DNA of 59,734 nucleotides from a virus (Duplodnaviria; Caudoviricetes): IMG/VR virus record IMGVR_UViG_3300008267_000087, positions 1 to 59,734 of that record; one strand, 5' to 3'. Shown piece by piece: positions 57,752 to 59,734 of this stretch (position 1 is its first letter; each line of letters starts with the position of its first letter). The notes under the pieces were generated by a model. It saw only the letters and a program-made list of their open reading frames with translations, ran no database searches and was not told where the DNA came from. The position numbers and the translations under genes were made by a program.

Positions 57752-58231
57752 TTACCAAATTTCAAAGCCACCACTCGTTCTTAAAAATGTTATAAATTCC
57801 TTAATGTGTCCCAGTGTAATACTGTGAGCTGACATCAACAGTCTTCCCTTCTCATCAACAACGCTACCATATAATACTCTACCCTTTGGATACTCTTTAT
57901 TTATTTTACTTCTACCGTCAGTGGTAATAAATTGATTTGTTTTAGCATCAACCCAACTACCTAAACATACACTCATTATATCATCATCATCTTTTAATTC
58001 ATCACACGACTGTAATACAGCTTCCAAAGCATCAGCCAATTTAAAACATTCAGCATCAGTTTTTAAACCTGCACCGTCATTCGTGTCCCAGTAATTAAAA
58101 TCGATATTCAATTTAAAATGATTATCGGCGTACATACATAAAAAGTTAAGTGGGCGCCAGCTCCAACAATTAGCTCTAAAATATTCACCAGTTACCGTGA
58201 TTGGGTTAATACCCGAAATGTCCATTCCCAT
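57752..58231 (-). CDS. Hypothetical phage early-type protein
   Basis: MGMD..G.YFRANCWSWRPL...NDGAGL...EFI.FL..SGGFEIW. Confidence 0.75.
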   Translation of the reverse strand: MGMDISGINPITVTGEYFRANCWSWRPLNFLCMYADNHFKLNIDFNYWDTNDGAGLKTDAECFKLADALEAVLQSCDELKDDDDIMSVCLGSWVDAKTNQFITTDGRSKINKEYPKGRVLYGSVVDEKGRLLMSAHSITLGHIKEFITFLRTSGGFEIW

Positions 58232-58273
58232 AAAATAAGTTTTTGATTTGAATGTAAAGATATAAAGTTTATA

Positions 58274-58555
58274 TTAATATTCCAAATTTGTTTTATTAGA
58301 ATAAAATTCATCATTCCCCTTTGCTTCATCATCAGCATAATACAGCTCAGCAGTTGAGAAGCCACCATTTTCTTCGGGTAACATTTCCTCTTTGGTTTCA
58401 TCAACTTCATCCCACGGCAGTTCATCTAAATCGCCGTTCTTAAATTTTTCAATAGCTAACTTCTTAGCTTCTTCAATCGTTTCAGCTTCTACTTCAAAAT
58501 CAGTTCGCATCCAAGTAGTTACTTTTCTGTCTAAATACATATTAAATGTTTTCAT
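58274..58555 (-). CDS. Hypothetical protein
   Basis: FEVEAETIEEAKKLA motif. Confidence 0.65.
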   Translation of the reverse strand: MKTFNMYLDRKVTTWMRTDFEVEAETIEEAKKLAIEKFKNGDLDELPWDEVDETKEEMLPEENGGFSTAELYYADDEAKGNDEFYSNKTNLEY

Positions 58556-58556
58556 C

Positions 58557-58784
58557 TTATTTATTTTTAATAGTTTCTAAATATAATTCTGCACCTGCTT
58601 TTGAGCCGTGTATAGCGTACCTGTTCATTTGTTTTCCCCTGTACGGTTTTAGTGTCTGCTTATCTAATACCTTACCTTCCTCATTAACAATGTAATAATA
58701 GGTTGCACAGGCAGGCATCCCACTCGGTAAGCTTTTAGGCTTATAGGGGATGTATTGGTTACTTCTTAATTCATACTTTGCCAT
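58557..58784 (-). CDS. Hypothetical protein
   Basis: Member of the minus-strand run. Confidence 0.6.
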   Translation of the reverse strand: MAKYELRSNQYIPYKPKSLPSGMPACATYYYIVNEEGKVLDKQTLKPYRGKQMNRYAIHGSKAGAELYLETIKNK

Positions 58785-58786
58785 CT

Positions 58787-58969
58787 TTATAAATTTAATG
58801 ATGAGATAATTGTTTTTAATTTATTCGTACCATCCTCACCTAAATCACCATCTAAATAGCAATCAATTAAGTATATACTAAAATCAACTGCTTTTTGTTG
58901 CTCACCTTTTAATTTTGTGGAAAGCATTACTAACTTATTCCTTTTTCTAATTAATTGTTTAATAGTCAT
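58787..58969 (-). CDS. Hypothetical protein
   Basis: Follows the promoter at 58993-59023. Confidence 0.6.
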   Translation of the reverse strand: MTIKQLIRKRNKLVMLSTKLKGEQQKAVDFSIYLIDCYLDGDLGEDGTNKLKTIISSLNL

Positions 58970-58992
58970 TCTTTATGTTTTTGATTAGAACA

Positions 58993-59023
58993 CAAATATA
59001 CAACTTATAACTTTACTACCAAA
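58993..59023 (-). promoter_or_regulatory. Bacteroidota-type promoter
   Basis: Minus strand TTTG-N19-TATATTTG. Confidence 0.72.
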
Positions 59024-59062
59024 ATTATTTTAAAAATACTTTTACTGGGATGGGATACCCAC

Positions 59063-59145
59063 AAAAAAAAAAGAGAGCGTATTACTACGCCCTCCCATCT
59101 AATCCACACATATTACTAACCCAGTAAAATTATTAACAGCCTTAT
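59063..59145 (-). ncRNA. Candidate ~80-nt small RNA
   Basis: Promoter (TTTG 59180-59177, TACATTTG 59157-59150) followed by no meaningful ORF, then a GTAA-loop terminator with T10. Confidence 0.45.
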
Positions 59146-59181
59146 AGTGCAAATGTAGATAACTTTTTTCATATTACAAAA

Positions 59182-59190
59182 TTATCCACA
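59182..59190 (+). promoter_or_regulatory. DnaA box (TTATCCACA)
   Basis: Perfect consensus, abutting the -33 element. Confidence 0.6.
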
Positions 59191-59232
59191 TTTTTTATTA
59201 TCCCAGTAATGTCCCATCCCAGTAATACGGAC

Positions 59233-59262
59233 AAAAAAATATCCCCGATTTCTCGGGGATAT
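59233..59262 (-). terminator. Rho-independent terminator
   Basis: ATATCCCCGA-GAAA-TCGGGGATAT followed by a T run on the minus strand. Confidence 0.85.
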
Positions 59263-59290
59263 AAAACACGAATCAATATTCAACTACAAA

Positions 59291-59734
59291 CTAAACAAGT
59301 TCAACTAATTTGGTGAATATATCACGCTCCCTATTTCCAACGCCTCCGAACATTTTAGTTTCGGTATTATCACCTTTGGAATAAGAGTGTGTAGTGTACT
59401 TCGTTACACCACTAAATAAACCCCATAGATTATCACCTTTTTGGTTAATCTCGCCGTTTAAGTCCACATAGAACCTACTTAACTTATTACGAGTAACCGA
59501 AGCCAATTTATCCCAATCCTTTTTTAAATTGACAGCCTTATCAATGTTAAACAAATCGTGTATGACACGCTCTTTAATAGCCTCATCAAATCGCGTTTCG
59601 CTTAATCTTTGAATGTCAGCAAATATTTTTTGCTCCTCCGCAAGTACATTCTGCAACCCAAAGCAAATCTCATCTACTTTGATACCCATATTTTTGGTAT
59701 GGCGTACCTTTGAATTCATTTGCTTGAACGCTGC
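59291..59734 (-). CDS. DUF932-family protein (5'-partial)
   Basis: VRHTKN and GDNLWGLFSGVTKYTTH; frame open to the window edge. Confidence 0.75.
   Translation of the reverse strand, partial: AAFKQMNSKVRHTKNMGIKVDEICFGLQNVLAEEQKIFADIQRLSETRFDEAIKERVIHDLFNIDKAVNLKKDWDKLASVTRNKLSRFYVDLNGEINQKGDNLWGLFSGVTKYTTHSYSKGDNTETKMFGGVGNRERDIFTKLVELV

Noticed and set aside
58085-58094. GTCCCAGTAA copy of the repeat
   Set aside because: It lies within a CDS (encodes N-Y-W-D) and is isolated; likely coincidental.
49577-59225. TTACTGGGAT repeats as a CRISPR array
   Set aside because: The repeat is only ~10 bp, spacing is irregular, both orientations occur, it is dispersed over several intergenic regions, and no cas genes are present.
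1-59734. Stop-codon reassignment, as in some large phages
   Set aside because: Recognisable genes are full length in the standard code, and TAG/TGA act as real stops (e.g. 28894, 34958, 1485).

Overview
A gene-dense, AT-rich segment of a large T4-like (myovirus-type) phage genome, most likely infecting a Bacteroidota host: many promoters match the TTTG-N19-21-TAnnTTTG Bacteroidota consensus. It uses the standard genetic code, and I saw no tRNA, rRNA or CRISPR array. Left to right it contains: (1) the end of a Gly-Ser-Ser/Thr-repeat tail fibre with an S74 chaperone; (2) a ~12 kb glycosylation island (GT2/GT4 enzymes, DegT aminotransferase, FabH, FabG-like SDR, GNAT, PhyH dioxygenase, methyltransferase); (3) a DNA methyltransferase, DUF192, PcfJ-like paralogues, iscU/iscA, a lysin, a phosphoesterase, rmlC, an exonuclease, an ADP-heptose module, a stand-alone DnaA domain IV, a cyclophilin and an HNH nuclease; (4) an array of small ORFs at 37-47 kb; (5) a hairpin-rich non-coding region near 49 kb; (6) a minus-strand block of early-type genes, each with a host-type promoter. 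The most striking unexplained signal is about 21 otherwise unrelated small proteins sharing an N-terminal F-K-F-[F/L] peptide, 12 of them consecutive at 43030-47022. Their cargo includes RMF-like domains and major-capsid-like fragments. Also unexplained are about 20 copies of a TTACTGGGAT element, mostly upstream of early promoters, and DnaA boxes paired with a phage-encoded DnaA DNA-binding domain. All family assignments come from motif recognition by eye, not database searches.
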